Origin: Escherichia phage vB_Eco_SLUR29
DNA length: 48,466 bases
Sequence record: NC_054895.1
Strand: one strand, 5' to 3'
Below are positions 33,501-42,769 of this stretch, piece by piece. Every line of letters starts with the position of its first letter. The first letter of the stretch is position 1. The notes below the pieces were generated by a model. The model saw only the letters and a list, made by a program, of their open reading frames with translations, was not told the origin of the DNA and did not search any database. Position numbers and translations under genes: made by a program.

Positions 33501-34141
33501 ACCTCAGCGTAACTTTGCAGCTTGATTTTATCAGTCACCTTTGAAGACGTGCTATCTGGCGTCATTCTCCTGACTCGTATTAAAACACGCTCATCAAATT
33601 TAGGAAGATCAATCCTTCTGCTGCGGTCATATCCTGATCTTGTCTTGCCGTCAATTGCATCCCTCATAACCTCGCTATAAGAACCGCCATCAATAGCCAT
33701 ATCTACGGCATACTCAACCCTTACGCCAACAAGATCGCCGTTATCCTCCTGTTTTATGCCAACTGGCATCAGAATCTTGATTCTTATTGCAGAAAGATTT
33801 TTGTTTGTCACAGAGATAATATAGGGATTGTCTGTTGTAATGTCTCGCGAAACTGTCACCTCGCTTGATGTGTCAGTAAACCCCTGGATGTAATCTTGCG
33901 TCTGTGTGCCTGGTCTATATTCAGCCGTTACCCCATCATAGTTAACAGTGCCATCGCTGGCAATAACCGGAACATCATCAAGATAAAGATCACGCAACGT
34001 GAAATCTGGATCGCACTCGCCATCAGATACAGCCAGCAAAACTTTAATCTTGTTTATCGAGATCAGGTTATCTTCCATCTCTTTTGGCACGTATGGCTTT
34101 TTGCTTCCGCCCTTACTGCCACTTATCATATATTTATCCAT
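30563..34141 (-). CDS. central tail fiber / host specificity protein (lambda J-like)
   Basis: 1192 aa; blocks ...RVRRMTPDST..., ...VPSNYDP..R.Y.G.WDGTFK.A.SNN.AW..., ...YCDQ.VPDG.GGTEPR... recalled as matching lambda gpJ. Confidence 0.85.
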   Translation of the reverse strand: MDKYMISGSKGGSKKPYVPKEMEDNLISINKIKVLLAVSDGECDPDFTLRDLYLDDVPVIASDGTVNYDGVTAEYRPGTQTQDYIQGFTDTSSEVTVSRDITTDNPYIISVTNKNLSAIRIKILMPVGIKQEDNGDLVGVRVEYAVDMAIDGGSYSEVMRDAIDGKTRSGYDRSRRIDLPKFDERVLIRVRRMTPDSTSSKVTDKIKLQSYAEVVDAKFRYPLTGLVFVEFDSELFPTQIPNISIKKKWKIINVPSNYDPISREYHGSWDGTFKKAWSNNPAWVLYDLVTNQRYGLDQRELGIQIDKWSLYEAGVYCDQKVPDGKGGTEPRYLCDVVIQNQVEAYQLIRDICSIFRGMSFWNGESLSIVIDKPRDPSYVFTNENVINGDFQYTNASEKSMYTQCNVTFDDEQNMYQQDVEGVFDTEAALRFGYNPTSITAIGCTRRSEANRRGRWVLKTNLRSTTVNFATGLEGMIPSIGDVIAIADNFQSSNLTLNLSGRVMEVSGLQVFVPFKVDARPGDFIIINKPDGKPVKRTISKVSADGKTIELNIGFGFDVKPDTVFAIDRTDLALQQYVVTTISKGDDENEFTYSITAVEYDPNKYDEIDYGVNIDDRPTSIVQPDVMAAPENVKISSYSRVVQGVSVETMVVSWDKVPYASLYEMQWRKGDGNWLNTPQTANKEIEVEGIYSGNYQVRVRSVSASGNTSPWSKIATATLTGKVGEPGAPINLTASDNEVFGIRVKWGMPEGSGDTAYIELHQSPDGTVENSSLLTLIPYPQYEYWHSTLPAGQVVWYRIRSVDRIGNVSGWTDFVRGMASDDVESVLGDILDKIFDTEAGQEIKENAIDSANKIKDQAQSIIQNALANDADVKWTRVQNGKRKAEYGHALELIATETEARVTQIEELKASIDEDIVSSIKTVQEAIANESETRATQVQQLDSKFTKEIDGVKRDTAASIGEVRQTITNESEARAQAVQQLDAKFTKEINDLDGVIKTEVEANISEVKQAIANETEARVQADQALTAKFGDVESALAEKLDSWANVDSVGAKYAMKLGLTYKGQKYSAGMIMQLSQSSQGLISQILFDANRFAIMTSSTGGTFTLPFVVENNQVFINSLLVKNGSITNAMIGNYIQSNNFVANQQGWRLDKNGRFENYGSTSGEGAMKLTNETISVRDANGRLRVQIGRLTGTW

Positions 34142-34188
34142 GACTTTTAACCTTTTGTGCTGTTTATTGGTTTGCTCATTATAAATGC

Positions 34189-34222
34189 ACAAAAAAACCC
34201 GCGCAAGGCGGGTATTTTTTTT
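34189..34222. terminator. hairpin with flanking A/T runs between I and J
   Basis: ACCCGCGCAAGGCGGGT flanked by 7 A and 8 T. Confidence 0.55.
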
Positions 34223-34817
34223 ATGCTTTATCTTCTGCGTAGCTGCCAGCCGACCAGATCGCTCCGCCTACTGTCCTATATCCATATGGCAAAGGAACCG
34301 GATAACCTGCCGCCGTGGTATTTACTGCGCCGCCGAAAGCGTAAGAAGGCTTGTTTTCTGCTGATTGGCTTTGCAGTTTCATTCCGCCCTGCTGCGGCGA
34401 GATCATTTGCATGACACCGCCAAGCGCGATAGCACCACCCATCATAAATGCGGAAGATGCAAAAGCACCCATAGCAGCAAGACTTGCACCACCAGTAAAG
34501 AACGCAGTAGCCATAATTGCAGCGCCAAGAACAACATTAAACAGGCCGCCGGACTTAGAACCAGTTGGAACAGGAACTATTCGAACCTCTCGCGCGCACT
34601 TCCATGATTTTTCATCATGCTGACCAACGTTTTTTCCATCAACGAATACAGCATACTTCATTCGCGATCCTACTTCGCTTTGCATGTAGTCCTTGAACCC
34701 TTCAACCTGGGAAGATAACGCGCGTATTGCTTCGGGGTATGAGTCAACCGCCATTTTGTGAAAGACGCCAAATCTACGCCCCAGGGAACCGGATAGTTTA
34801 ATTACTTTCAATGTCAT
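34221..34817 (-). CDS. tail assembly protein I-like
   Basis: 198 aa; position between K and J; Gly/Ala-rich hydrophobic C-terminal half. Confidence 0.65.
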   Translation of the reverse strand: MTLKVIKLSGSLGRRFGVFHKMAVDSYPEAIRALSSQVEGFKDYMQSEVGSRMKYAVFVDGKNVGQHDEKSWKCAREVRIVPVPTGSKSGGLFNVVLGAAIMATAFFTGGASLAAMGAFASSAFMMGGAIALGGVMQMISPQQGGMKLQSQSAENKPSYAFGGAVNTTAAGYPVPLPYGYRTVGGAIWSAGSYAEDKA

Positions 34818-35529
34818 ATTTCAGATCCTTATGTCGGCAAATTTTTACAGTGTGCTCCTGATACCATCCAGAATACAAGTCGATGCGAGATAGCTTTCCA
34901 AACGCATGATGTAATAGCTGGTTGTTACCCAAATAAATCCCCGCATGATTCCAGACTGGCGATGATAGTTGCATAATCACCATATCACCAGGTTTTGGAG
35001 GCTCGTTAGTTTCAACAAATCCCTCTTTCAAATAATTATCCTGGTAAAGATTTTCACCATATTCTGACTTCCACCACTCGTAAGGCTTTCGGAAGTCATT
35101 CAATACTACTCCGTGCTGTTTATGCCATGCCATGATAAGACCCCAGCAATCGAACGACCCAAGCGACCACGGGCGACCGATAAGCGGCCTCTCCTGCGGC
35201 TCGACAATTCTCATATCACCTTCGGGCCATGAAACTATAATCCACGATACACCCATTTCATCGCACATACATGAGTCGTGCGCGCTCGGTATCGTACTAG
35301 CACCATCCCCGCAATGGGAATGCACCACCGCGATTAATTCGCCTTTGTCGAGCGATTCAGCGTATTCTACGGCGTCCATTTCAAAATGATTTTCTGGATC
35401 GTCATGCACGTTGGTTATGCGGTGATATTTCTGTACCCGTGACTTTTGAGTTATGACGCCGCAAGCCTCTTTAGGGTATTCCTCTTTAACGTGCTGCATT
35501 ATTTCAAGTTTAATTTTTGCACTAATCAT
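34798..35529 (-). CDS. tail assembly protein K-like (JAB/MPN plus NlpC/P60-like)
   Basis: JAMM-like motif HSHCGDGASTIPSAHD; synteny L-K-I-J. Confidence 0.75.
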   Translation of the reverse strand: MISAKIKLEIMQHVKEEYPKEACGVITQKSRVQKYHRITNVHDDPENHFEMDAVEYAESLDKGELIAVVHSHCGDGASTIPSAHDSCMCDEMGVSWIIVSWPEGDMRIVEPQERPLIGRPWSLGSFDCWGLIMAWHKQHGVVLNDFRKPYEWWKSEYGENLYQDNYLKEGFVETNEPPKPGDMVIMQLSSPVWNHAGIYLGNNQLLHHAFGKLSRIDLYSGWYQEHTVKICRHKDLKYDIESN

Positions 35530-36290
35530 TATTGATTCCTCCGTAGCAGTGACGCCACCGCGCAACCGCCGAAATCCAACTCGTTTTGCTGACCGAATCT
35601 CAATTTGCAAGCCGTTACAGTTCCGGCGCAATAGTCTTGTGATGGATCTGTTACTGGCTTATTGTCTTTATCGAACATTGCCGATCCGTTATAAGAGCAA
35701 CCCTTTCCGCTCCTGTACCACCCCCTTTGCGCCCAATAGCAGACGCTTTGAGTGATGCGCGGCGGGATCATTAATCCATCCATATCGTAAGGCGATGTTA
35801 GATCAAATTTCGCTATCTCTCTATTGTACTGGCTTGGGCGCTCAATGTAATAAACCAATTTTCTGTAAGCGCCATCTTTGATTGCTCCGCCTTCTCCGAT
35901 AAATTCCTTTGCCGTTATCCAGAAAGTCACCTTTGCTTGCATCATGCCATTGTAATTTCTGATCATGGCGCTCACCCTGCTGTCAAGGTTTGACACTATA
36001 AGCTGAGGCTTATCTGCCCTGCCGTTACTTGTGAAGTTAATACCGCTCACACCGAAAGGCCGCGCTCCGTAAACCTCACCCTGAAAAATAATATCTTTCG
36101 GCGGCAATATTCCGGTTTGCTGCGCTTGCATTAATTCTTCGGCAGTATAAGAGATGTTCTCATTGTGAAATCGGTAAATATTTGCTCCGAACTTCGTCCC
36201 GTCAATCTCTACAAGCGTTATAATTTCGCCTGGGTACAAACTTTGTAGGCAGTTCTCAAATTCAACTCTACCTGATTCTTTATTAGCCAT
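35529..36290 (-). CDS. minor tail protein L-like
   Basis: 253 aa; C-terminal Cys cluster (CYWAQRGW..C..C); synteny. Confidence 0.75.
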   Translation of the reverse strand: MANKESGRVEFENCLQSLYPGEIITLVEIDGTKFGANIYRFHNENISYTAEELMQAQQTGILPPKDIIFQGEVYGARPFGVSGINFTSNGRADKPQLIVSNLDSRVSAMIRNYNGMMQAKVTFWITAKEFIGEGGAIKDGAYRKLVYYIERPSQYNREIAKFDLTSPYDMDGLMIPPRITQSVCYWAQRGWYRSGKGCSYNGSAMFDKDNKPVTDPSQDYCAGTVTACKLRFGQQNELDFGGCAVASLLRRNQ

Positions 36291-36322
36291 TTTCTACCTC
36301 CTTTTTGCTCATTGTAACATCA

Positions 36323-36348
36323 AGAAAAAAGCCGCACAAAGGCGGCTT
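36323..36348 (-). terminator. intercistronic hairpin plus U-tract between M and L
   Basis: minus-strand AGCCGCCTTTGTGCGGCT followed by TTTTTT. Confidence 0.5.
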
Positions 36349-36352
36349 TAAA

Positions 36353-36709
36353 TTACTGCATTGATGTAAATTGTTCCGTAAAAGTGGCTTTTACTTCCTG
36401 AACGGTTGGCGACAATGGAGTAAGGCCGACGCTACCGCTTTTCACCCTAAACAATCCAGGGCTTCCATCTGGCATGATCCACAAGAAAGGTTTTAGCCTG
36501 TGCTCATTCAGGAACTTGACAACATCTCTGTAATCAAGCCCAGCGTAAACAATGCTGAACTCTCGCCGGATTGTGTTAAAACCTCCAGATGCTACCTGTG
36601 TGTATCCGTTACCGAATGCAATCTCTCGATCGTTATTCGATGACGTCATGGCCCCGCCACCATTCTGAACCTGCGTACACCACTTAAACTGATCCAGCTT
36701 CATTATCAA
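36353..36709 (-). CDS. minor tail protein M-like
   Basis: 118 aa; ATGA coupling to tape measure; synteny. Confidence 0.7.
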   Translation of the reverse strand: MIMKLDQFKWCTQVQNGGGAMTSSNNDREIAFGNGYTQVASGGFNTIRREFSIVYAGLDYRDVVKFLNEHRLKPFLWIMPDGSPGLFRVKSGSVGLTPLSPTVQEVKATFTEQFTSMQ

Positions 36710-39387
36710 CCTCTCTTGCTCATAACAAATTCGTAAACCTCGCCGCCCTGCATACAGGAACGTTTAATCATATCAGTAAAGATCATCTTAACACCAGTTT
36801 CGATGCCCTTCGGATCGTTTCCGTTAGTGATGCTAACATCAATCCCGCCGATGTTAAATTGAGGTGCTCCACCAGTTACAGCGCCACCGCCAGTATAGCC
36901 GGAACTACCAACAACGCCGCCGTTAGCATAGCCTCGCATCATGCGGTACAAGTTTCCTACCCCGATACGCTGCGTCGCCTCCTTCGTCATGACAAATTCA
37001 CCTTTATGGACAATTCCGGCTGGCTCATACTTCCCGCCGTCGCCAGTGTATCCACCGCCAGCAAATCCGCCAATATTCTTAAGCAAGCTCCCCATCGTCC
37101 AGGTTTGACCACCCATCAGGCCAGATAACGCATTAAAGACAACCATTTTCGTAATCATCTGAATAATCATTTTGATGATAGCCGTCGAGAAGTCTTTAAA
37201 GTTTGCCTTGCCAGTAGCGATAAAATTCGCTAATTGGTTTGTAAGGCCGTTTAACGCCTCGCTTGCGATCTGCTGAACATTGCCATAGGCATTGTTTGCA
37301 TCTTCCGCGAACATCTCCCATGCGTTTTTTGCTCCTGCCAACCAGTTGCCTTGAACCTCATCCTGTGTCTGATAATACTGCTTAAGTTTCGCCTCCATTT
37401 GCTGAAAAACTTCATCGCTAACGCTTCCGCCTTGCGCCTCGTAGTCGGTGCGCAGCTTGCGTAACTCTAGCTCACGCTCGATCTGCTTTTCAGTGTAGCC
37501 AAGTTGCTTAAGGCCAAGCACATCAATAGCCGCCTGAGTTTCACGGATAAACTTAATGCTATCTTGCTCCAGCTTGTTTTTGCGCTCCTGTAAAACAATC
37601 TGATCCCCTAGCTCCGCTTTTTGCCTTGCCATTTCAAGAACGGCTTTTTGCTCGTTTAGTAGCGCCTGTTCCGCTCCGGTCAATTTACGCTTGCTCTGCG
37701 CTTCCTCCAGGATCTCGATCTGCTTTTCGATACTCCATAATGATTTACGCTGGCGAGAAATAACATCGTTAACAGTGCGATGCTCTTTAAGCATCTCCAG
37801 TTGCGCTTTTAAAACGTACAACTCTTTATCAAGCTGCTCAGTCGGGCCGCGAACTATTCCACCTTTAGCCTCTTTCTTTTTCTGCTCCTGCTTCTTGATT
37901 TCCTCAAGCTCTTTGCGCCTAAACTCCACGTTTTCAGCCGCGCGCTTTTTCAGTTCTTCATCAGCCGAACGCGCCACATTTTTCTGATCCTCAATAGCTT
38001 TGTTTAAAGCCTCCTGTGCTGCGCGCACTCTGTTTAAGGCCAGGTTTTCTTTGTCGATTCGCTCCGCTCGTTCCGCCATGTCCTTATTCGCATCTTTTAC
38101 GACCTTTCCAATGTCTTCATAAGTGTTAAGTGCAAACTTAAGCATAGGGTTAACATAGCCAAGCTCCTTACCTAACAGGCCGCCGGACGGGGAAGCGTAA
38201 TCACGCTTCGCTTTCAAAACCTCATACCACGAATCGCCCAACTCAAGGACTTTGTTTTTGTGGTTTGCAATTTCGTTATTCAAGCTGACAAAGCTAGACG
38301 CGCCCTTGTACTCGTTGACTTTCTTTTTTGCGTCATCATAAGTCATGCCAACGTCAACCAGTTTTTTAATCGCCTCGCTCGCGCCGTCTTTCGTGGTGAT
38401 GTAAGCCTTTGCAAGATCTTCGGCGCTTTCGCCTGTCTTGTCGGAAAGCTCCTGTATTCCGGTAGCAATCTTTTCGGCAAAATCACCAGTCAAGCCAGTT
38501 GTTTCCTGAACGGTTTTTTTAATTGCCTCAAACTCTGTCTGTGTTTTGTAGGCATTATATGCAGCAATTGCCAGCGTACCGGAAAGCAAGCCAAACGCCA
38601 CGTTTACCGGATTCAGGAAAGATAGCAACGCTTTTAAAGCATTGGATGCGCCACCAAAAGAATCCTTAATCTGTCCGCCCTGCTGGATTGCGACCAACCA
38701 AACAGGCATTCCAGAAGCAAGTGAAGTCACCACGTCTGTGATCTGCATTGGCAATTGCGCCATTGCTTGTTTGTATTGGCCCGTAGAAATTCCAAGTTTT
38801 TGGATCTGCTTTTCCTGCTCTTTCAGCCTTGCGATGTAAGGCGCTGCCTCCTGGCTAACACCAAGCTGTGCCGCTTTCATTTCCAGCAATTCAGACTTGC
38901 TTTTTCCGGCTGCTTCTTCCTGCTCACGCAAAGCCTGGACGAATTTTTTAGCCTCTTCCGCTGCACGCGCTTTGTTCTTTGATTCCTCAAGCGCCGCGCG
39001 GCCTTCCTCCGTCATCGCTTTTTTTGTTGCGATCAGCTTGTTTTGCTGCGTCTCAAGAATTGATCCAAGCTCAAAAAAAGTCTCATCAGGAACAATGCCC
39101 TTTTTCCATAGCGCATCAAGCTGTGTCGCTGCCTTTCGCAGCTTATCCATCTTTGACGCGGTGGGATCAATTGACTCCTGGATTTTCTTAAATTCTGCTT
39201 TCTGGCGCGCCAGTTCTTCGGCAAACTGTTTTGCTTGCTGTCGCGCCACAACCTCAGAATCAACAAATTCATTAACGCTTTTTTTTGCGTCGTCGTTTGC
39301 CTTCTTGAATTGCTGCAATGATTTAACAGCATTGTTGACCTGCGACACGTCAACGCCTAGCGTTAGGCCAGCGTATTTTTCAGCCAT
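36706..39387 (-). CDS. tail tape measure protein
   Basis: 893 aa, long coiled-coil-rich, Gly-rich C-terminus; follows G/G-T chaperone. Confidence 0.85.
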   Translation of the reverse strand: MAEKYAGLTLGVDVSQVNNAVKSLQQFKKANDDAKKSVNEFVDSEVVARQQAKQFAEELARQKAEFKKIQESIDPTASKMDKLRKAATQLDALWKKGIVPDETFFELGSILETQQNKLIATKKAMTEEGRAALEESKNKARAAEEAKKFVQALREQEEAAGKSKSELLEMKAAQLGVSQEAAPYIARLKEQEKQIQKLGISTGQYKQAMAQLPMQITDVVTSLASGMPVWLVAIQQGGQIKDSFGGASNALKALLSFLNPVNVAFGLLSGTLAIAAYNAYKTQTEFEAIKKTVQETTGLTGDFAEKIATGIQELSDKTGESAEDLAKAYITTKDGASEAIKKLVDVGMTYDDAKKKVNEYKGASSFVSLNNEIANHKNKVLELGDSWYEVLKAKRDYASPSGGLLGKELGYVNPMLKFALNTYEDIGKVVKDANKDMAERAERIDKENLALNRVRAAQEALNKAIEDQKNVARSADEELKKRAAENVEFRRKELEEIKKQEQKKKEAKGGIVRGPTEQLDKELYVLKAQLEMLKEHRTVNDVISRQRKSLWSIEKQIEILEEAQSKRKLTGAEQALLNEQKAVLEMARQKAELGDQIVLQERKNKLEQDSIKFIRETQAAIDVLGLKQLGYTEKQIERELELRKLRTDYEAQGGSVSDEVFQQMEAKLKQYYQTQDEVQGNWLAGAKNAWEMFAEDANNAYGNVQQIASEALNGLTNQLANFIATGKANFKDFSTAIIKMIIQMITKMVVFNALSGLMGGQTWTMGSLLKNIGGFAGGGYTGDGGKYEPAGIVHKGEFVMTKEATQRIGVGNLYRMMRGYANGGVVGSSGYTGGGAVTGGAPQFNIGGIDVSITNGNDPKGIETGVKMIFTDMIKRSCMQGGEVYEFVMSKRG

Positions 39388-39404
39388 TTTAAAACCTCCA
39401 GATA

Positions 39405-39429
39405 TTAAAAAAAGCGCCTCGCGGCGCTT
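39405..39429 (-). terminator. intercistronic hairpin plus U-tract upstream of tape measure gene
   Basis: minus-strand AGCGCCGCGAGGCGCT followed by TTTTTTT. Confidence 0.45.
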
Positions 39430-39754
39430 ATGTTTTGTTTGAATGAATCATTTCTAGCGCCTTTTGTTCCATGATGCGCAAATCATTTAGCGCCATCTCC
39501 CGATCCTCAATCTTGTAAATGTCAAAAAGCATAGGCAAAACGTTATAGTCGAACCCATACACACTGCCGCTAGTCGATCTCCATTGCGTCTGCATGGCGC
39601 AAAATAGATCCCAAGATTGAAACATTGATTCATCAAAAATTACCTCCGGCGGATCCTCCCCTTCGTAGTCTGAACGGGATAGGCCGACGGCCTCTAATTG
39701 TGCGTCAGTTGGCGGCTTGAGGTAAAACAGGTAAACCGCCCGCTTTAGTTTTTT
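39428..39754 (-). CDS. tail assembly chaperone G-T, -1 frameshift extension
   Basis: -1 frame open from slippery site to stop at 39428 with no in-frame ATG/SD; joins annotated 65-aa ORF frame. Confidence 0.5.
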   Translation of the reverse strand, partial: KKLKRAVYLFYLKPPTDAQLEAVGLSRSDYEGEDPPEVIFDESMFQSWDLFCAMQTQWRSTSGSVYGFDYNVLPMLFDIYKIEDREMALNDLRIMEQKALEMIHSNKT

Positions 39755-40062
39755 ACCCGCTGCCCCGCAAGTGCTTTCATATAATGACCAGTCAGCGATA
39801 ATGACGCAGACGGGTAATAATCCAGCAATTTAGCAACGTTTTCCTCGTTAAATTCATCTTCCAGATCCCAACCGGAAGCAAGGAAGGTGATCATTTCTAC
39901 GTCGCTCATCGGCTTTTCTGCCGTGTATCGTTCGTGAATTTCGCTTGCCTTCTTGTGGCGCACGGTAAAAACAATAACTTGCTCATCACCATTTGGAAGC
40001 ACGAAAGAAACAGGCAGCTTAAAATCAGGCAGTGGGCCTAACGTTAGTTTCATCTTTGCCAT
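39745..40062 (-). CDS. tail assembly chaperone G-like
   Basis: 105 aa between major tail and tape measure genes; AAGGAG SD. Confidence 0.65.
   Translation of the reverse strand: MAKMKLTLGPLPDFKLPVSFVLPNGDEQVIVFTVRHKKASEIHERYTAEKPMSDVEMITFLASGWDLEDEFNEENVAKLLDYYPSASLSLTGHYMKALAGQRVKN
39748..39754 (-). other. putative -1 programmed ribosomal frameshift slippery heptamer A_AAA_AAC
   Basis: last codons of G are GTA AAA AAC TAA; X_XXY_YYZ pattern in frame; analogous to lambda G/G-T. Confidence 0.5.
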
Positions 40063-40076
40063 CTTAAGATCTCCTT

Positions 40077-40095
40077 ATAGCACTTTTTGTTAAAA
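40077..40095 (+). promoter_or_regulatory. exact 19-mer copy in plus orientation inside leftward structural operon
   Basis: ATAGCACTTTTTGTTAAAA; TAGATT 22 nt after TTGTTA; about 45 nt before terminator at 40141; its reverse complement abuts SD of G gene. Confidence 0.45.
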
Positions 40096-40132
40096 GTGGA
40101 ATTAATTTATTTGATAGATTGATTTTACAGGA

Positions 40133-40160
40133 ATGAAAAAAGGGGCGCAACGCCCCTTGT
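40133..40160 (-). terminator. intrinsic terminator after major tail protein gene
   Basis: minus-strand GGGGCGTTGCGCCCCT followed by TTTTTTT. Confidence 0.7.
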
Positions 40161-40161
40161 T

Positions 40162-40824
40162 TTACTTAACGTCGGAAGGTAAGAACGTGAATCGGCCTTT
40201 CAGAGATACAGAGAGGGAAACAGTTTCTATTTCGTTCATAGTGGTTTGCGGAATGTCATTAAAAGACAATACGCCAGCCCAGCAACGCATCTCTTTAGCT
40301 TTCGGCACGTACATACGCAAAGCGGTTACGTCGCCGGATTCCTCAGCCTCGCGCAAGATAGGATAAATCGGGTTATCATATTCATGCGCGAAAGTGTAGG
40401 TAAGAGAAACTGCGCTCTTGTAGGTCGGTAACTGCTGCTCCTGGTCGTCAGCCAAACACTGATAAGTGTAATACTGTTGCTCGCCGCCGTCCTGCGCAAG
40501 ATCCTGTACGCAAGGAATCTCTACCCAAGATTTTACTTCTCGGAAAGTTGCGGTATTAGAACCAGCCGGAAAAACATTGGTGTCTTTCGTGCTTACACCC
40601 TCAAGAGTAACGCTTGCATCATCTGATACCTCCTTAACTCGAAGCACGCGACTAACAAGTTTGCCCCAGGAAGATGTTTCAATAAGAACATAAGCGCCTT
40701 TTTTGATGCTTTGAGTGTTTGCAGTCGTAAAAACAGGATCATCAGCATTTGAAATAGCCGTAGCCTGAATCGGATCACCCATATTAACGCCGATGAAAAT
40801 TTGAGAACCATTAGGCAAGTGCAT
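40162..40824 (-). CDS. major tail protein
   Basis: 220 aa; AGGAGG SD; position before chaperone/TMP; followed by strong terminator. Confidence 0.7.
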   Translation of the reverse strand: MHLPNGSQIFIGVNMGDPIQATAISNADDPVFTTANTQSIKKGAYVLIETSSWGKLVSRVLRVKEVSDDASVTLEGVSTKDTNVFPAGSNTATFREVKSWVEIPCVQDLAQDGGEQQYYTYQCLADDQEQQLPTYKSAVSLTYTFAHEYDNPIYPILREAEESGDVTALRMYVPKAKEMRCWAGVLSFNDIPQTTMNEIETVSLSVSLKGRFTFLPSDVK

Positions 40825-40826
40825 GA

Positions 40827-41228
40827 TTATTCCTCCTTTGTATCAAGCCTAACACTGAAACGGATCGGCAAGAACCAACCTGTTTCACTTTTTAGTAATG
40901 CGTGGACGTTTGCCCCCTCGCTAATATAGCCAGTTTCAAGCATTCTACCATCATAGAAAAATCTCGCAATCTCTTTAGCCAGCAAACGCGCTTTATCAGT
41001 GCCACCGCCAGGAGGAATGACAATCCCAACCTGAACCAAACCGATATAAGAAACACATTTTCTATCAAGAGATATGCGATCCGTGCCTGCTTCCATGTAG
41101 TTAAATTTTAACCACATAGAACCATCTCCAGGCGGCACAAAATCAACGTTTTCATAGGCTATCTTAAATCGTGATTCATATTCAGCCGCCAGCGCCTTTC
41201 TTGCCGCCAACATTAAATCATAGTGCAT
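40827..41228 (-). CDS. putative tail terminator / tail completion protein
   Basis: 133 aa immediately upstream of major tail gene (synteny only). Confidence 0.45.
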   Translation of the reverse strand: MHYDLMLAARKALAAEYESRFKIAYENVDFVPPGDGSMWLKFNYMEAGTDRISLDRKCVSYIGLVQVGIVIPPGGGTDKARLLAKEIARFFYDGRMLETGYISEGANVHALLKSETGWFLPIRFSVRLDTKEE

Positions 41229-41661
41229 TTTTTGCCCTCGAATCCTTTATTGCCTTAGCCATATAAGATCGCAGCTTTACCGCCACGATTCCAAGTACGC
41301 CGGACGGCGCTTGTTTTGAATGCCCGTATTCAAGCGCGTTTGCGTAAATGAGCATGTTTGAAAAATAGATTGACCGCACAGCGCCACCGCCACGCATGAT
41401 TGCATATATTGCTCGCTTACCTTCTGCAATGGTTTTACCACCATCGCGATCGTATTGGTTGAGCGCATATAGCGGCGGCTTGTTTGCTGTTATCTGCCAG
41501 TTAGCTTTATATCGGCCCGTATCAACTGGCGAGCGCTTCACAAGATCCTCGTGGACGTTTGTCGCGAACATTTCAACGCAATCAACAAGGCCGCTGCTTA
41601 CTGAATCAATCCACCTGCTTATATCACCGTGAAATTCTCTGATCTTATAATTATCAGCCAT
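41218..41661 (-). CDS. HK97 gp10-like neck/tail component
   Basis: motif RSPVDTGRYKANW; start at ATG 41661 with AGGAGG SD. Confidence 0.55.
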   Translation of the reverse strand: MADNYKIREFHGDISRWIDSVSSGLVDCVEMFATNVHEDLVKRSPVDTGRYKANWQITANKPPLYALNQYDRDGGKTIAEGKRAIYAIMRGGGAVRSIYFSNMLIYANALEYGHSKQAPSGVLGIVAVKLRSYMAKAIKDSRAKNAL

Positions 41662-42025
41662 ACACAGCAATCCTCCTTAATATCGGACGATAAGCCGCCG
41701 TGATGTTAGTCTGCCTGACTGGTCTTGCTTCAACGACAACATAACGTTCGCCATCAATTTCAATCTGATAACCATTTTTGATCTCAGTTTCATTGGTGAA
41801 TATCCCCAACTTGTCGGTTACTCGGATTGTTTCACCGTCAACCTCTCTAGTTCTAGGGGATCTAACAAGCCCCTTTATCATCACTGAAATCTCCGGCTTG
41901 GTAACTTCCTCTCCGCCGATAATCTCAACTCCGCCCTGCTGCGTGATGCACTTAAACATACCGTTAGCGTCGCTGAAAAAGTTAATCCCAGCCGTAGCCA
42001 TTCTTGCAATCTCATTGTAGTTCAT
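41654..42025 (-). CDS. putative head closure / head-tail joining protein
   Basis: synteny between connector and gp10-like gene. Confidence 0.45.
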   Translation of the reverse strand: MNYNEIARMATAGINFFSDANGMFKCITQQGGVEIIGGEEVTKPEISVMIKGLVRSPRTREVDGETIRVTDKLGIFTNETEIKNGYQIEIDGERYVVVEARPVRQTNITAAYRPILRRIAVYG

Positions 42026-42441
42026 CGGCAACATCTCCGGCGCAATCCAGTTACAAGGCCAAAACCTCCACCGTGCTTACGGTTTAACACTTCGTACATT
42101 TTGCCCCACGGCGTTTGTCGGATCTGCTTTCCGCTTGTATCGGAAGAGATTCGATCAAACGTCTGACTAAACTCACCAGTCAGAGCGAACGAGGCGACGC
42201 GGCGGGAATAGCTTTCTACGCTTTCACCTTCCTGTTTCATTGCCCCGTCTAAGGTCATAAGGTGAAGAGTGTAAAGCGCAACCGCTTTCGGGTATGAGTT
42301 TTTAAACCGCTTTTTGCAAACAAACTCTTTAGCAAGCTCAATCCATGCCACAATTAAATCGGGATCAACTTGTTGCATTGGTGGGGCCAACTTTACGATT
42401 TGCTGAACGATTTCAGCGTCTGTGTAAAATTCATCTACCAT
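42022..42441 (-). CDS. putative head-tail connector (adaptor) protein
   Basis: synteny downstream of capsid gene; GGAGA SD before ATG 42441. Confidence 0.45.
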   Translation of the reverse strand: MVDEFYTDAEIVQQIVKLAPPMQQVDPDLIVAWIELAKEFVCKKRFKNSYPKAVALYTLHLMTLDGAMKQEGESVESYSRRVASFALTGEFSQTFDRISSDTSGKQIRQTPWGKMYEVLNRKHGGGFGLVTGLRRRCCR

Positions 42442-42485
42442 TTTTTTCTCCAGATATGACAAGTGGCGCATAAGCGCCCCAATTA

Positions 42486-42752
42486 TTAATATTCGCCGCC
42501 ATCCTCTAGCTCTTTGCGGCTCTTGCCCTCGGTAGGATCTTTTTTGCGCTTCTTCTCCGCTTTCTCCTTGATTTGCTCGTTAATTTCGGAATTGTCTTTA
42601 ACTTCCACATCGCCGCGAGCGATCAGGTATTCAATTGCGGAATCATTAATGCGATCTGATTCAATTTCAATTTCATCACCAGGATGATAACGCTTACCGT
42701 CCATAATAATCATGCAAACGCCAGTTACTTTAAGTTTTAAAGTTTTGCTCAT
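42486..42752 (-). CDS. hypothetical head module protein (88 aa, Lys/Glu-rich C-terminus)
   Basis: ORF with GGAG SD after hairpin/U-tract. Confidence 0.45.
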   Translation of the reverse strand: MSKTLKLKVTGVCMIIMDGKRYHPGDEIEIESDRINDSAIEYLIARGDVEVKDNSEINEQIKEKAEKKRKKDPTEGKSRKELEDGGEY

Positions 42753-42769
42753 TTTGTGTACTCCATAAA

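Noticed and set aside
30536-39442. Numerous plus-strand ORFs inside J, tape measure and other tail genes (for example 32394..32675, 33010..33324, 37691..37987, 38897..39442)
   Set aside because: Shadow ORFs antisense to long structural genes; low-complexity products.
41662-41670. TTG start at 41670 for the gp10-like gene
   Set aside because: ATG at 41661 has an AGGAGG SD at optimal spacing; TTG start unsupported.
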